A DNA stretch of 25,874 nt from an uncultured Caldisericum sp. (GTDB lineage Bacteria > Caldisericota > Caldisericia > Caldisericales > Caldisericaceae): assembly GCA_964546685.1 (NCBI GenBank), contig CAZJKI010000017.1, forward strand, positions 1-25,874. Reading direction: 5' to 3'. Below are positions 25,301-25,874 of this stretch, piece after piece; within the stretch, counting starts at the first letter, position 1; each line of letters begins with the position of its first letter. The notes under the pieces are model-generated. The model had not been told where the DNA came from. It worked only from the letters and a program-made list of their open reading frames with translations, and ran no database searches. The translations under genes and the position numbers were made by a program.

Positions 25301-25874
25301 TCGTTAAACCAGTGCCCTTTGAGATTGTATGATGGTGTAACAGTGTTAGATTCAGAAGTAGTTAAACCTATGACTCCGACCTTCACACCGCTAACATCTT
25401 TAATAACATAGGGTGTCATTGCATATTCACCCGTATCCTTCTCCACCATGTTTGCTGAGAGAATCGGAAATTTTGCATCCTTTGCTACCTTCTGAAGCCA
25501 GTCCCAGCCGTAATCCTGAATTTCATGGTTTCCTACAACCATTGCATCGTAGCCCATGTAGTTCATCACGGCCATCATAGGGTGAGTTTTATCTGGATCA
25601 ACCTTTGTGTAATAGTATACAAGTGGAGTTCCCTGAATAGCATCACCGTTACTTATAAGGATAGAATTTGGATTTTCTGCTCTAACTTGTTTGACAAGCG
25701 TATAAACCTTTGCAAGGCCTCTTTCTGCAGATTTCAAAGTGTAGTAGTCAATTGGGTAAACATTTCCATGCTCATCAGAGGTAGCCATAATCGTAACCTT
25801 CGTAGAAGTTTGAGCTTTTGTAATAGGAGCAATGAATGACAGAAACGAAATCAGCATCGCTGCTACAACTAACA
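22336..25874 (-). CDS. Secreted, S-layer-anchored tandem nucleotidase: CpdB-like (2',3'-cyclic nucleotide phosphodiesterase/3'-nucleotidase) module + SLH domains + UshA-like 5'-nucleotidase module. 5'-truncated by the window edge.
   Basis: >1173 aa. The ORF is open to the window end and the signal-peptide h-region continues upstream (..LVVAAMLISFLSFIAPITKAQ). Two metallophosphatase cores (..ATSDEHGN..GDAIQG..GNHE.. and ..LHTNDFH..DAGD..GNHEFD..), each followed by a 5'-nucleotidase C-terminal substrate-binding domain. Between the two modules lie SLH motifs (..DGFLPDKIMTRGEFAILAVR.. and ..GYGDGTFRPDATITRAEAATIFFRL..). Confidence 0.85.
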   Translation of the reverse strand, partial: LVVAAMLISFLSFIAPITKAQTSTKVTIMATSDEHGNVYPIDYYTLKSAERGLAKVYTLVKQVRAENPNSILISNGDAIQGTPLVYYYTKVDPDKTHPMMAVMNYMGYDAMVVGNHEIQDYGWDWLQKVAKDAKFPILSANMVEKDTGEYAMTPYVIKDVSGVKVGVIGLTTSESNTVTPSYNLKGHWFNDSVEEAGKWIAEVRPQVDVLVISAHFGFEFGNDVKNFKYLTPVREGNVADAIIQKYGSQIDVMITGHDHYNIAPFIRNGVLCVQPSCWGQALAKLDITLEKDGGKWKVVKKEGTNLAVTKDVAAAQEVLDVAKDYHDTTVAYVDSVIGEAADDIDGTLCRLQDNAMLDIIHNVQLDVTGADISIAAMLPTVAPVWKKGPIRVRDVYSLYIYDNTLWTKEVTGQQVKDALEWSYQYYYTYDFGKTDTPLANPNIRAYNFDTVQGLDYVVDISKPVGQRVVSLVYKGRPVKPDDEFKLAVNNYRGNGGGGYKMIGGAPTLWMSVDEIRNYMIEYIKKVKVISPEADNNWKLIPDYITSEYRGDIDTLVRRRVVDTLLPDGFLPDKIMTRGEFAILAVRSFMPEIIPWGGLKKYSFKDLSALDASAPYVEALAKRGYVKGYGDGTFRPDATITRAEAATIFFRLFKMDQGGLSSNFNKAVELGAFKSTDNPKGTITKGITASFIVTLRFPTVTILHTNDFHMYLLGSTDATTKRPIGGSARIYTLVEKERAYNPRTLLVDAGDIIGGGPPIGAFFYGKDVIEVYNAMGYDIATTGNHEFDWGYAKFKEITAPANYEYINANIVDSNTNKTILSPYSIKSIGFVDIGFIGVDTTELPILVNPTGIEGLTVLDPTATINNYATSLKDKVDYCVVLSHLGYDVDKTVAAKISNVNLIIGGHSHTVLTKPDVVNGIPIVQTGSYGNNVGKEVVEFVATPTGAKVVSFRYNLIPITDSFAEDPTIKGIIDPYNTQLKAKMDEVIGEALVDLIGNRPDIRIKETNLGDFVADWMRVVSGADIAITNGGGIRASIPKGPITIGSIYTILPFDNLLVKLELTGKQITAALENGFSMVETVQGRFPQISGITVKVNLKNAPNSRVIEVLVNGKPIDPDKVYTVVTNDFMAAGGDGYASFKEAKSSKWVTGNWMRDDLVEYVKVHPKIDVTVDGRITFVNP

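Overview
This is a gene-dense, low-GC (about one third G+C by eye) bacterial chromosomal segment with about 25 protein-coding genes. I could not support any rRNA, tRNA, CRISPR array, transposase or integrase. Several proteins carry S-layer-homology or copper-amine-oxidase-N-terminal-like cell-wall domains, which suggests a Gram-positive-type or thermophilic anaerobe; this is inference. The dominant theme is transition-metal and iron homeostasis. The genes are: (i) a CDF metal exporter and a YqeY-family protein; (ii) a tightly overlapping minus-strand operon of THEP1-like P-loop NTPase, DUF364 protein, BtuF/FhuD-like binding protein, ABC ATPase and FecCD permease, i.e. a type-II metal-chelate importer with two unexplained accessory genes, preceded by a leaderless Phd/YefM antitoxin gene that overlaps a divergent MobA-like nucleotidyltransferase; (iii) feoA-feoB followed by a short DtxR/MntR-family repressor, with a TTAGG/CCTAA palindrome in the feoA leader, and downstream a translationally coupled pair of amidohydrolase paralogues, the second of which has lost its metal-binding residues; (iv) housekeeping or accessory genes: acyl-CoA dehydrogenase coupled to a deoxynucleoside kinase, a tandem-GNAT protein, an MGDG-synthase-like glycosyltransferase, an ABC-F ATPase, a stomatin/SPFH protein, a gluzincin peptidase, and a >1170-aa secreted tandem nucleotidase with internal SLH domains that runs off the window edge. 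I consider the most novel candidates to be the THEP1+DUF364(+MobA-like) module embedded in the metal-chelate ABC operon, the Phd antitoxin paired with a nucleotidyltransferase-fold gene, and the dead-enzyme amidohydrolase partner.
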